Below are positions 25,555 through 38,779 of a DNA stretch of 64,000 nucleotides, piece after piece. Each line of letters opens with the position of its first letter. The stretch's first letter is position 1. A program made the position numbers and the translations under genes. Source of the stretch: Schmidtea nova (Eukaryota). Location: the NCBI GenBank assembly GCA_044892505.1, contig CM097883.1, forward strand, positions 70,556,001-70,620,000. Direction: 5' to 3'. Under the pieces are notes generated by a model that worked only from the letters and a program-made list of their open reading frames with translations, had not been told where the DNA came from and ran no database searches.

Positions 25555-28500
25555 GTTGACTCTGAAGATCCATATCACCTCACGAAGATCGCTGACCGCA
25601 TTCACGCACTGCAACAACATAAACCCGCGCATATATTTACATCGCACCTCCACTACCCCCCGTTTATGCAGCGCATAAACATCATCCCCCTTTCCCTCGG
25701 ACAGTTGAAAGATATCCCAATAACACTTCTCCATCACATGATGTACAGAATCCCAATCACCTACCGACAACACACGCACAAAACATGCAACCCAATAACA
25801 GCGTCACACTAATCTGCTTTTACCTCAGCAGACTTAGACAACATGCACAGAAATGTTGCATCGGTTGCACGTCCGAATTCCGTACACATCAAAATCCAAT
25901 CATCCCAGAGTGTATTCACCATCACCTCTAGAAGAACGAAGCCAGATCGAGCCTTGACGAATTCATCTGGCGCACACGCGACGCCCATCCTTCAAAAAAC
26001 TAACCCAGTCATTGGACATTCCTGGACGCCCCAATGACTTACCGCCAGTGAATCAAAATTTTCACAACAAACCACGTCCAACGCTCATTCTATCATCTCC
26101 GCAAGCAATCACTATTTCCGAAATTAACGTTGATCCACCTACATTACAAGTACCTGGCTCAAAACCAAGACTTTGTACAGCACAAACACCCCCAAGCACA
26201 CCTCGCACAATACTAACACTAACACTAACAAAGACACTACACACAGCATTACCCACATCACCGCCAACAATATCATTCACAGTATCATCAAAAACAATAC
26301 TATCAATACCGCGAGCATCGGCTATTTATTCTCATGACGAAGCCAGCGCAGGCAACATGCACGTTCTACCCAACCCGCCACAAACCACCTTTCATGCACC
26401 ACCCCCCCAATGCCCCTCATCACTACAAACAAGGCAACCCTTACACTAAAATTACCCAGAATTGTCGGAAACTCCACAATCAATGCAGAACTGTTAGAAG
26501 AATACGGCCAACCCGGTCGACGAACCATAACACTACTTATAGACACAGGCTCTTCATATTCAATTCTTACCTACCACCTTCGCCGCAGACACACACTGCT
26601 CATGCTCCACCGTAGCAGCAAACGGCACGCACATATTACTCTCAGGTACAAAAATAATTCGGTTTCGCCTTCCAGGTTTTTCCAACCGTTTCTCACACTC
26701 CTTCTATATCGCTGATACCACATTTTCTATACTAAGCCTTGATTTCTTAACGACCGAAAAAGTGAACATCGACTGTAAGGACAGAAGAATATATCAGCTC
26801 CCTCAGCCAGTTTTCACGATAGTTTCACAACAAGCAACAATCTCTTTAACAGCAGACAATGTAGAATCAGTCATCGCCACACATTTCTTAAACCTTCTGA
26901 CCAAGTCTACCACACACGTCCCCAGCAAGGAGTCCGTCCATTTCATCACCACCGTCCCGTGTACACCACAAAACGCTCGTTCCCGACCTCTAGCTATTAA
27001 TAAACGACAGGCCGTAGAACTCGAATTTTCCGAACTAGAAGACAAGGGCATCGTCCGACACACCTCATCCCCATGGGCTTCTCCTATTCACGTAGTAACA
27101 AAGAAAGACGGCTCCTTTCGTCCTTGTGGCGATTGTCGCGCATTGAACAGCGTCACAATACACGAGACTTACTAAATGCCTATCAACAAGGATTTGTTTT
27201 TACGTTTTTTCGGGAACACAGTTTTTTCCACAATTGACATCGCCAAAGCATTCCACGAGTTCCCTCTCAATCTAGATGATATTCCAAAAATAGCAGTCAC
27301 TACCGCTATTCGAAACTTCAAATACCTTTTCATGTTATTTGGCCTCAGAAACGCCACTCAGACACTACAACGCTTCATGGACATCACCTTCCGACACCTT
27401 AAACACACATTCGCTTATCTAGACGACATCATCGTCGCTTCCCCCGACGAATCTTCGCACGCAAAAGATCTAATGCAGGATTTGACGTCCTCAACAAAAA
27501 CAACCTCCAAATCAGCCCTGATAAGTGCCAGTTTTTCAGGCCGCGCGTCCGCTTCCTAGGCCACATACTATCCCCAGACGGATGTGAACCATTCCCAGAA
27601 AGACTAGATGTTATCCATGCATTTCGAAAGCCGTCCACGGTCACAGAACTTCGCAGCTTTCTCGCAACTGTAAACTTCTGTCACAGATTTATCCCAAACT
27701 CGTCTCACATTACCGCACCACTATCAGCATTCAATCACGGCCCCAAAAAGGTTATTATAAAATGGTCCGACCAAACAGATCAGGCCTTCACAAACGTAAA
27801 AAACGCCTTGACTAATATTTCAACGCTGTATTACCCACATAACAAACTGCTACTCACTCTAACCACCGACGCCTCAGACATAGAAGCCGGGGCGGTTCTC
27901 TACCAAATTAAAAACGACGCTCCCCGCCCCATCGAATTATTTCCTCGGAAATTCTCACTACTAGCCATTATGCTCTCTGTTAAACATTTCCGGCACTTTT
28001 AGAGGGTAGACATTTCACAATATTCACCCACCAGAAACCTCTCCTGCACTGCCTCACCATGAAAGATCCTTCAAATAGGGTATTCCGTCAGCTCGCATTT
28101 CTATCATCTTTTGATTTCGAGATCAAACACATCACAGGAGGTGACAACGTAATTGCAGACTGTTTTTCACGCGCGATCATAAACTCAATATCCTTCTTCC
28201 CCATCTTCTTACTAGACACCTTAGCTTTCACACCACCTTCCAAGGTCGACATTTCCACGTTCAAAAACTCCCACAAACTCATCGACGGCGTACATTACGA
28301 CACATCCTTGAACAACACTCTGCGCCCCATACTACACGAATCACTCCGCAAAGAAGCGTTTCTCGCTGTCCACAACATTCATCACCCCGGAATTAAATGC
28401 ACTTACGCACTACTCCGCCAGAAAGTCACCTGGTACTCAATATTCAAAGATGTCAAACAATGGGTAAATGAGTGCCAAGGCTGATAACAACATAAAGTCA

Positions 28501-29500
28501 ATAAGCACGTCAAACCACCACTCACCCTTTTCCCAGTGGCTCCCGCTTCGACATTCTGCACATTGACCTAGTAGGACCCCTCCCAGCAGACGACGGTTTT
28601 TCCTTCATCCTTACCATGATAGATCGTAAGACACTTTGGTTTGAAGCAGTCCTTATACCAAATATCACTGCACCTACTGCGCAAACTATCTAGCCTCTAC
28701 CTGGTTCTCTCGTTACGGTATCCCCACAACCATTATCACAGACCAAGGCCGCCAGTTCGAATCAGAACTATTCAAATATATTACAAACGCCCTTAACATT
28801 AAACATCTACGAACTTCGGCCTATCACTCGCAGACCAATGGCGTCGTCGAACGCGCTCACCGTACCATCAAGACTTCACTTCGCATCCTCGCATCTTCCT
28901 CTGGCTGGACCAAATCTCCACCGTTCGTACTACTCGGATGGCACAACACACCCAATCGCTCAAGCGGAGTATCTCCGGCACAATTACTATTCGGCGCTAA
29001 TACACGCATGCCATCAGAGCTCATAGAGACAGACTCTTAATCATCTTTACAACAAATAAATCAAGCCCGTAGCAACTTCCTTGCCTTAGACTCAAACCCG
29101 TCCTTCACATACTCAACCTCTTACAAACCTTACATGCCAAATACACTTACCTTAGCATCACAAGCCTGGTCGAAATGCATTGATTCCACTAACTTGAAAC
29201 ACCGGTATAAAAGACCATTCCACTTCATCAAACTATATAAAAACACGGCCCAACTGCACATCGACGGTGCACCACACATCATAAGCCAGAACCGCCTAAA
29301 ACCTGCTTTTGTACTAGCCGATCAAGACAATCAACTTCCCCTGCACCACCCCTCCGACTAAGATTTAATCGAAGACCCCCCTAATCGAAGTTCCCCAATC
29401 CCTATCCATTCCACATACCGAACCATTTCGCGATGTATCTTCACGTAACCGCATCCGCCGTCCTCCACAGTATCTCGCAGACTACCATCTCGATTTCCAC
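25555..29500 (+). mobile_element. degenerate Ty3/gypsy element 2 (partial gag, PR, RT, RNaseH, IN; no LTR seen)
   Basis: LLIDTGSS, PWASPIHVVTKKDGSFRPCGD, IDIAKAFH, AYLDDII, TTDAS, HNIHHPG and integrase motifs are spread over frameshifted ORFs on a C-rich plus strand. Confidence 0.9.
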
Positions 29501-29732
29501 CCCGATCCTTGATTAATAATTTGGTGCTGCGTTTTCCTTCTGTTGTTCGAATTCCATCTTGAATTGTATTGCTTTTCGAATTTGTGCCAGTGCGTTTTTT
29601 GTTGATTCTAAATTTAAATTCTGCTAGTTTTATATATACATTTCGAGAACTTAATTCTCTTCATCAAGTGCTACTCAATCTTCCATTCAAATATAATGAA
29701 GATTCAAATATAATGAAGATTCAAATATAATA

Positions 29733-30932
29733 ATGATGAAGAGAATTAAGTTCTCAAAATATATTGTGCAGAATATATATTTGGATTGGCGTTTGTTTTT
29801 AATTATTTTAGTGCCATGTATGTTGTGTTATGTATTGAAGAAAAATAATTATCCTTCAGTTGTTACGGTATTCTTTGAAAGTCTGTATAGGAAAAAGTTT
29901 TTATATAAAGAGATTGAAGATGTTCAATTTATTGACCAAAGAATTTGGATTGACGTTCTAGAATTGAAGATTGAAAGGCGTAACCACCTATCCTATGTAT
30001 TGCCTTTGATTGGATTACTAATGTGTAGAATGATAGATAATTTTTATAATTCTAAATGTATAGAGTTTTATATTGCCAAATTAGTATTTCAATTAAATGA
30101 TGAGGTTTACATTCGTGCTGATTATTTCTCTTATTCTATTATTTATGAATTAATTGGTGTGATTGTTGGCAATTCTAAGTTTTCTGTATTGCTTTTTGTT
30201 CTGTTCTCGTTTATTTTTTCAAATGTCATGGGTGAAATGCCACATACATTGGAAAAGACTGCCCGTCTTCTCTGATTTCGAGTTTCAGAGCATAGTCAAT
30301 TAATGGGATTTAGCGTTGTTTTTAGTCATATCGATGTTTGTGAATATGTAAGTGTGAGAGTTTTGAGTGCGTGTGTTTGCTTCATTTTTTGCGGTTTGAG
30401 TAAACTAACTGATGTGTTAGTTGACGATGTTTATTTTTTTCTTTTGATTTGTGTTCTATACTCGTTTAATATTTCAAATGTCATGGGCGAAATGCCACAT
30501 ACTTTGGAGAAGACTGACTATCTTTTCTGTACTCGAGTATTAGAGCATTTTCAGTTGGGGATTATAGATTTTGTTTTTAATCATTCTGTTGTTTATAAAT
30601 ATGATTTAATGGGATTTAGCGTTGTTTTTAGTCATATCGATGTTTGTGAATATGTAAGTGTGAGAGTTTTGAGTGCGTGTGTTTGCTTCATTTTTTGCGG
30701 TTTGAGTAAACTAACTGATGTGTTAGTTGATGATGTTTATTTTTTTCTTTTGATTTGTGTTCTATACTCGTTTAATATTTCAAATGTCATGGGCGAAATG
30801 CCACATACTTTGGAGAAGACTGACTATCTTTTCTGTACTCGAGTATTAAAGCATTTTCAGATGGGGATTATAGATTTTGTTTTCAATCATTCTGTTGTTT
30901 ATAAATATGAAAATATTTATAAATATTCCTAG
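29733..30932 (+). pseudogene. hydrophobic membrane-protein-like ORF pair (family X) with internal 306-bp tandem duplication
   Basis: ORFs 29733-30275 and 30303-30932. The motif NVMGEMPHTLEKT occurs three times. 30303-30608 and 30609-30914 are near-identical in-frame repeats. Confidence 0.6.
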
Positions 30933-31114
30933 AAAACAGAGAATATTATATTTTTAAAATTAATTTATTTAAATTTAAAAAGATTTTAATCGTTTAATTT
31001 TTTGACTATTTTATAAAATTTATAAAAATACATTTTATTTTAAAAATTATTATTAATTTGTTTGATAAATATTTTTATTTGATTTATATTTGAATGGAAG
31101 ATTGATTAGCACCC

Positions 31115-31183
31115 GATGAAGAGAATTAAGTTCTCGAAATATATTGTACAGAATACATATTCGGATTGGCGTTTGTTTTTAAA
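31115..31183 (+). pseudogene. truncated second start of family X
   Basis: GATGAAGAGAATTAAGTTCTCGAAATATATTGTACAGAAT repeats 29735 onward for about 65 bp. Confidence 0.7.
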
Positions 31184-33840
31184 AATAATTTGTTTTAATT
31201 ACTAATTTTCCTATTAGTGTGAAAATTTAAAAATATTCTAAAAGAAGTCAATTTAAAATTACTACTAAGTTTAATTATTATTAAATTGACTAATTAAATT
31301 TATTGGATTAATAATTTTCTTAAAAATGTAAAAGATTTGAAATATTATACTTAAATTATTAAAATTAACTAAAATATTACATAATTAATTATAATTTATG
31401 TTAATCCTAATTTAATTACTTTAAAATATAATAAAAATACTAACATAACCAAAATAACCGATTTTGACTTCTGTTTTCTCCATATATTAAACATTTTGTG
31501 GTTTAAAGGCAAATATGTTGTTTAAATAAGGTAAAAACGTGAAGAGGCAGAATTCGAAATAGTTTTGTGGGATAAATAAACTTTTGTCTATTTCCATTTA
31601 ACAACAAGCTATCGCGGCATTATGATGGGAGAGCGAATCAAACTCGGAGACAGGCTGAAAGATTTTTCTGGTAATGATGACGTGTCATCATGGCTGAAAA
31701 AATTCAAAATGATGGTCGATTTACAAGCCTTGGGAGAAGTCACCAAGATATTGCCTCTATTTCTCGAGGGACCAGCCTTTGCGGTGTTCGACCAGATGCC
31801 AGATGAATCGAAAACTAAATGGGAAGAAGTTGAGAGGACCTTGCTGGAGGCGTTTGGCCTTGATAAATACAAGGCATGGGAGCAGTTGATCTCGACAAAA
31901 TTGAGGGGTGAACCAGTTAATGTTTTTCTGTCAGAGATTAAACGATTGGCAGCACTTGCAGGAGTTAATACAGACGAAGTCGTTTTGAGGGCATTCATCG
32001 TAGGCCTGCCAACCGCGGTGTCAATTCAGTTGCGGGCGAGTGGAAAAATTCAAAAAGCATCGATAACTGAGATCGTTACTATTGCGAGAGCGATTATGGC
32101 AGAGAGATGATGCGTCATGTGCGGTGGTGTCTTTTAAAAACACAAGGTTTCAAAAATCCACCAAAGACGTAACGTGTTGAAATTGCAAAGAAGTTGGACA
32201 CGAAGCCAGAAATTGAACAAAAGCGGGGAAAGAACAAGGGGAAAGATATGTGCCGGATCTTCCTCCGAGACAAATATAAATGCACTCCCAACGATGCTGA
32301 TCAGGGTCAATGGTAAATTAACCAATGCTCTAATCGACACTGGCTGCTCGCAGTCCGTGATCAGAAAAGGACTCGTAGAGTCGAATCGTAATGTGCATCT
32401 GATTACAACTACGAATGGCCGAAAAATATCAATCTTAGGTATCGAATTTATGGGTCGTGCTTTTAATGTTCGTGTACTAGTTCTTGAAGATGTCGTTGGT
32501 GACTTCGGATTGATTGTTGGGATGGATGTGTTGTCGAAGGGTGTGACAATCAACATCTCGTCAAGTGGGATTCAATTAATTGCAGCAAGCACTGTCGAGT
32601 GCGGTAGTCAAAATCACACTTCCGATGTTGATATTGAAGGTCCAGATACGACCACAATTGATGATAGAGATTTTGTAGCTTTCTTTAACAAAACGCAAGG
32701 GTTGGTGAAATGGAAGTGGTGCTTTCGATCAAGAAGTTCAGATGTGGATCGAAGAGGGTTGGTTGATTCCATTCGATGGCGAGGTGGAGTTTTGTTACCA
32801 TGGATGACGGTGAAACAAGATACAAAAAACAAAGTCAAACTGGTGCTTAATTATCGACATTTAAACAACTTCATTGAGAGTCATACAGGCAGCACATTGG
32901 TATGTGACGACAAACTAAGGAGCTGGCCGTAGAAAACGGGTAACCAAGTGATGCTCGACCTGTCAAAAGCGTACTTGCCGATCCATGTAGATAGAGAGCT
33001 GTGGCAATATCAGGTGGTCAAGGTTGCTGGCCAACTATACTGTCTAACACGAGTCGGCTTTGGTATGAATTGTGCGCCTAGAATCATGACTGTAATTTTA
33101 CAGAAAGTACTTAGTATGCGAAATGAAATACAGAAGGCAACCGATAACTATGTGGATGATATAATCGTCGATGTTGACCAGATATCCGTTGATGAAGTTA
33201 TAAATCACCTTTCTCGTTATGGACTAAAGACGAAACAGCCCGAATCAATAGAATCCGCAAGAGTTTTGGGATTATAAATACAGTCTGATCACAAGGGAAG
33301 ACTCATTTGGTTTCGAGGAAACCACATTGACCTACCCAAGGTTGACCAAGGTTTGTCAAAACGTGATTTGTTCTCTTTGTGTGGCCAGTTAGTCGGGCAT
33401 TATCCCGTATGTGTATGGCTTCGAATTGCGTGCAGCTTCATTAAACGGTGCAGTGAGGGAGAGTACTGGAATGACCCAGTTGGTACAACGGTGCAAACAA
33501 TGATGAATGACTTACTAGAGCGAGTAAAAGTTCAGGACCCTGTCCAGTGAGTCTGGAAGGCGAACGTACGCGAAGAAGTGGTACTTTGGTGCGACGCAAG
33601 TTCGATCTGTTTCGGAACATGTATCAAGGTCAATGGCCAAATAATCGAGGATGCTGCGTGGCTTCGTAAGGCCGATGATTCGGCTCATATCAAGGTCGCT
33701 GAGTTCGACGCTGTGAAAAAAGGGGTCAACCTGGCACTGTGATGGGGAACATGCAGGCTTTGTATAATAACCGACTCGGCAATAGTAAAAGGTTTGCTGA
33801 ATTGTATTTTAACAGATTTAAGTAAAATCAAGACGCATGG

Positions 33841-34717
33841 TGTGGTGACATAATTAATATGTAAATAAATATTACATTTATAATATTCATAAAATCTTTA
33901 ATATTTATATTTATACTAAATATATATTATTAAAAAAGAAAAAAACTTTTGTTTGTTTTTATGTAAATATTTGAAAAATAAACGACATCTTGATTTAGTT
34001 AATTTTGTTTTTTACATTGAATATGAAAATTTTCTTTATGTTTTCCCTAAATGATTATAAAGTATTTTGTGAAGATAACAACCTTAACAATAAAGTGGAA
34101 AATTGCAATGATAATCATGAATTAAATCCGGATAATATTAGTAGAGACATAAAATACGGCATTTTGCCAAGTCTTCTTTTAAATTTCGAATTTCATACTG
34201 TAATGCGAGTTAAAGTTGCGAGCTTTGATAAATTCGAACCAATAACTGAAGATATCCTTTCAAGGGAAACTTGCTCAAAAATTATTGGTTTGTAATTCAT
34301 TTGCAAAGATTTCTTATTTGAAGCATTAATTCATGCAATTGTTACAATGGTTGAAATAGATCTAATAAATGATGAACAGACCGATATGTTGAGCAGCCAT
34401 GCTGAGTTTATCACCAATTATAACGAGAGGTGCGATAATTATAACAACAGCAGTAGTTCATGTCTAAGCACAGCTACCTTAATGAGATCACACAAAGGGT
34501 ACCCCCTTTGACATCCATTTGCAGTGATATTAAATATCAAATCGGAAAACATCCAAAGATAATTTCCCAGCCTGCTGGCCGCTATCAAACACAACGATTT
34601 AGAAAAACTCAATGTCCAACTGTTGGGCGAATTTTATAATCCCTAACGATACATGGTTGGACTAACGAGGAAATAATCGAGGCAAACAATATAATGATGG
34701 TAAAAGTCAATCCCACA
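33841..34717 (+). repeat. 5' LTR of inner element (877 bp)
   Basis: Starts TG right after the TSD and ends CA right before the PBS. 34157-34717 is repeated at 38780-39341 at about 94% identity. Confidence 0.85.
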
Positions 34718-34718
34718 A

Positions 34719-34736
34719 TGGTGTCAGAAGTAGGAT
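34719..34736 (+). promoter_or_regulatory. primer-binding site complementary to a tRNA-Leu 3' end
   Basis: TGGTGTCAGAAGTAGGAT, 1 nt after the LTR. It matches the known TGGTGTCAGAAGTGGGAT tRNA-Leu PBS with one mismatch. Confidence 0.88.
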
Positions 34737-34901
34737 GTGATCTATATTATATATTTATATTAAAAAAATCATATATTTATATTTTTTCACAAATACTAAT
34801 AACCACATTTTCCCCCTCCCCAGTGCGTGTCATTTATCTCCCCCTCCCCGTTACTGAAAGAGCCTCATTATTTTCCTGTCCTCGCCAAGGCTACAGCGCA
34901 A

Positions 34902-35117
34902 ATGAGAGACTTCGCACGCAACTTATCTCGCACATTTCCACTTTCTCTAACCTTGCACGATTTAGAACGCTTCATTTGCTCCATTTGGCACTTGAAATTA
35001 AACACTTTTTATTTCTCACACATAGGTTTTAGCGTAGTGAACGATGGGGAACCATTAGCCAAGGTATTACCGCCGGGAGGAGTTGTATACGTGACATTTA
35101 GATTACGTGGAGGCATG
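34902..35117 (+). CDS. ubiquitin-like domain ending RLRGG followed by Met, upstream of Gag
   Basis: MRDFARNLS...TLHDLERFI...GFSVVNDGEPL...VYVTFRLRGG|M. It is 71 aa from ATG 34902 to GG 35114, with about 14 positions matching ubiquitin by eye. Confidence 0.6.
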
Positions 35118-38100
35118 AATGAGAGTGATCTCACCACCACCTTACCACCTCTATCACCTGATGCCTGAAATCCTTACATTTCCACTTCATCGACAGGCAG
35201 CACGAGTATCAACACCTCTACAACCCCCAATATTTTCACGTCATTTTTTTAGATGTAAATTGATCACCGAATGCCTGGTTATTTATTCTCGAACGATCCT
35301 TCCACGCCAGAAAAATCGCGACTTCACAGCAAAAGTTCGACCAGCTATTCTCGTCTCTCCCCACTGAACTCCTTTCCAAACTCGCGCATCTCTTACCAAA
35401 CCTTTTTTCCGAAGTTGATCCTTTTACTTCCCTTAAAAAGGCCATAATCAATAACTTCAGAGAACCAAAAGCAGAAATATTTTGTAAATATTTCAAGACC
35501 CAACACCTAGGTTCCAAACGACCATCCGAATTCTTGAAGCAAGCCATAGACAACTTAGAATCGCTACAGCAAGGCATTACTCAAGATAACGCCATTCTTC
35601 GTCGCTTTTTCCTTTCTGCCTTGCCTCAACAAACACAAGCCATCTTAGCGGTTTCCAACTCCACTTCGCTCGCCGATATCGCCAATATGGCCGATAAAAT
35701 AGCCGAGGTTTCTCATCAGCCAAATAAAGGTTTCTACAACCAAACATCGGTAAGAACACCCATGAAAACTCCAGTTTCTACGGACCATTCTTTTACTCCT
35801 CTCTTATTGGCAATCGAAAATCTCACCAGAAAAGTTCAGAAACTGTAGGCAAGGTCTACATCAACGGACCGAAGGCGACTGAGATCATAGTCGCGTGACA
35901 ACACCCGTGATAAAAGTCCCTGTATATGTTATTATCATCAGAGGTTTGGAGTTTCCGCACACAGTTGCCAGATTGGGTGTAATTATAGAAATGAGAAGGC
36001 GGATTGCAAACAGATAGACCTCTGCATATACCATGGAAAGTTCAATAAAATGGCCAAACACTGTCTAGAAGGTTGCAGGTTCTTCCAAACTTTTCAAGAA
36101 CCCAGCGACAACAAACAATCAAAATACTAGTACTGCCATCATTTCATGCGGCTGAAGTCGATGGTCATCTCAATTCATCTTTTTCCTCTCCCTTTTTATT
36201 ATGAAGGCATACCACCAAATTCCTGTCGCTCCATCTAATGGTCAAAAAACAGCTGTCATCACTCCTATAGGTCTCTTCGAATTCCTGCGAATGTCTTTTG
36301 GTTTAAGGAACGCTGCACAAACATTCCAGAAACACATCGATCACATATTATCCGGACTAGATTATGTAGTAGCCTACGTCGACGACATCTTAGTCGCATC
36401 GCCCGATACCGAGACACATAAACAGCATCTATCTGGACTCGTCAAAATCTTAGAGCAACATCAACTCAAGATAAATCATTCCAAATGTCAATTCTTTCAA
36501 ACAAGTGTAAAATTTCTGGGACACACCTTATCTGCCGACGGAATAGCTCTACAAACTGAACGTTTAAATTCCATCAGAAATTTTTCTAAACCGGAAACTG
36601 TAACGCAGCTTCGCAGCTTTTTAGGCGTAGTCAATTATTGCCACAGGTTCATACCTAGGATATCTGATATTCTTGCTCCTTTGACTTCGCTCAGCTCGGG
36701 ATCAAAGCAATCTGTTATAAAATGGACAGATAAATCTGACGCTGCATTCATCGAAGCAAAAAAAGCACTAGAATCAATTCAGACTTTGGCTTATCCAAAG
36801 TATTCCCTACCTTTCAGTCTGACCACAGATGCGTCCGACGTCGCAGTTGACGCTGTGCTAACACAGGAACAAGACGGTATAGTTCGACCTCTTGAATTCT
36901 TTTCTAAGAAGTTATCCGAAACGCAAACCAAATATTCCGCGTTCGATCGGGAACTTTTAGCCATATTTCTGTCTATTAGACATTTCAAACATTTGCTTGA
37001 AGGTAGATCCACTACGGTTTACACCGATCACAAGCCGTTGGTTCATATAACCACTATGAAGGATCCCTCTCCGAGGCAGTTACGTTTAATTTCTTTCATC
37101 ACCGAGTTCACCAGTGACATCAGACACATAGCGGGTAAAGAGAACATTTTAGCTGATTTTCTCTCACGAAGTACCAACGCTATCTCCTTGGAACCCCAGT
37201 TTACAAGTTCCACTCTGCGAGAGAATAAACCAACCGAAGTTGATCTACAATATTTCCAACATCATAAATCAAACGTAGACGGCATTGATTTTGACTCCTC
37301 ACTTTTAGGAACTCTTAGACCTATTCTTGGATCCGAGCTTCGAAAACAGGCATTCCGTGTAGTTCATGACTTACATCACCCTGGCTCGACCGCCACCTAT
37401 AAGCTGCTAAGAAACCAAGTCGTCTGGCCCTTTATGAGACGAGATAATAAAACATGGGTTAGTCAGTGTTTTAAATGCCAATCAAACAAAGTTACTCGAC
37501 ACGTTAAACCACCGCACATGCACTTTCCAACAGGTGATCGATTTGATGTCGTTCACATCGATCTTGTCGGACCTTTGCCAATAGACAATAGTTTTTCGTA
37601 TCTTTTAACAATGATAGACAGGAAGACAAGATGGTGTGAAGCAGTTCCTCTACGTTCTGTCTCAGCAAACATAGTCACTGAATCTTTTATTTCGGAATGG
37701 GTTTCACGATATGGAATTCCCAGACAAATTATTACCGACAGAGGAGTGCAATTAGAATCACAGCTATTTGTCTCTTTATCGGAACAGCTTGGCATCAAAG
37801 GACTCGTTCGACTGCATATCATCCGCAGACGAACGGCCTCATCGAGAGATTTCACCGGACACTCAAGCAGTCACTACGTATACTCTCTCGAAACTATCGC
37901 TGGACAAAAGCTTTGCCTTTTGTGCTATTGGGTTGGAGAAACACACCATCCAAGACAATCGAATCGTCCCCAGCTCAATTACTCTTCGGTACAAACACTA
38001 CAGTTCCCAACGAGCTCATCGACCTCGGGGAACAACCAACAATCGAAGAACTCAGTACCGCCAGACGTCATTTCCTTGAAATTGATAGCAATCCAATGTT

Positions 38101-38779
38101 TTCGTCAGCAAACGCCGAAAAACCTTTTATACCGAAATCTCTATCTTCTGCTAAACCCATATGGATTCGTGCTATCGTTGATTCTGCTTTAAAGCCTAGA
38201 TATACTGGACCATTTCGACTACTTAGTATAGTCGGGAACTATGCAACAGTCGACATTAACTGTTCATCCGAAACAATCTCTCTCACACGTATTAAACCGG
38301 CATTCGGACTTTCAAAATTCCTCGATCCCAGCACCAGAGAGCTTGTCCCTGCTTCTACAAACAGTTCAGCAGACCAATAAAACATCTGTCAATTTGAGAT
38401 CACCACTAACCCTTCCAGACATGGATTCAACTCTCCCTTCACCGATTGTGCTTACTGAAAATACTTGTTCGCACGAGGCAGACATATCTTCTACGGATAT
38501 AATCAATGAGCCTTCTAGTTCTGATGACAAAAACACCACCGGTAGCCCGGAAACAATCGGTTCACCGGCTAGCAACAAAACTTCTAGACCACTTTCAATT
38601 TTGAAAGAATCTCCTATGGCTCATTCCAAGATTGCTTCTACTACAAAGCATCGCGTCTCAATTAACCCATGGGTTCGCAAGCGCCGTATAGGAGATAATC
38701 CTAACGCTCCAACTAGACTGCATCGAATACTGTGAATATACTCCTCCTTCTTTTCGATCTATTTCTTTCCTTTTACCTT

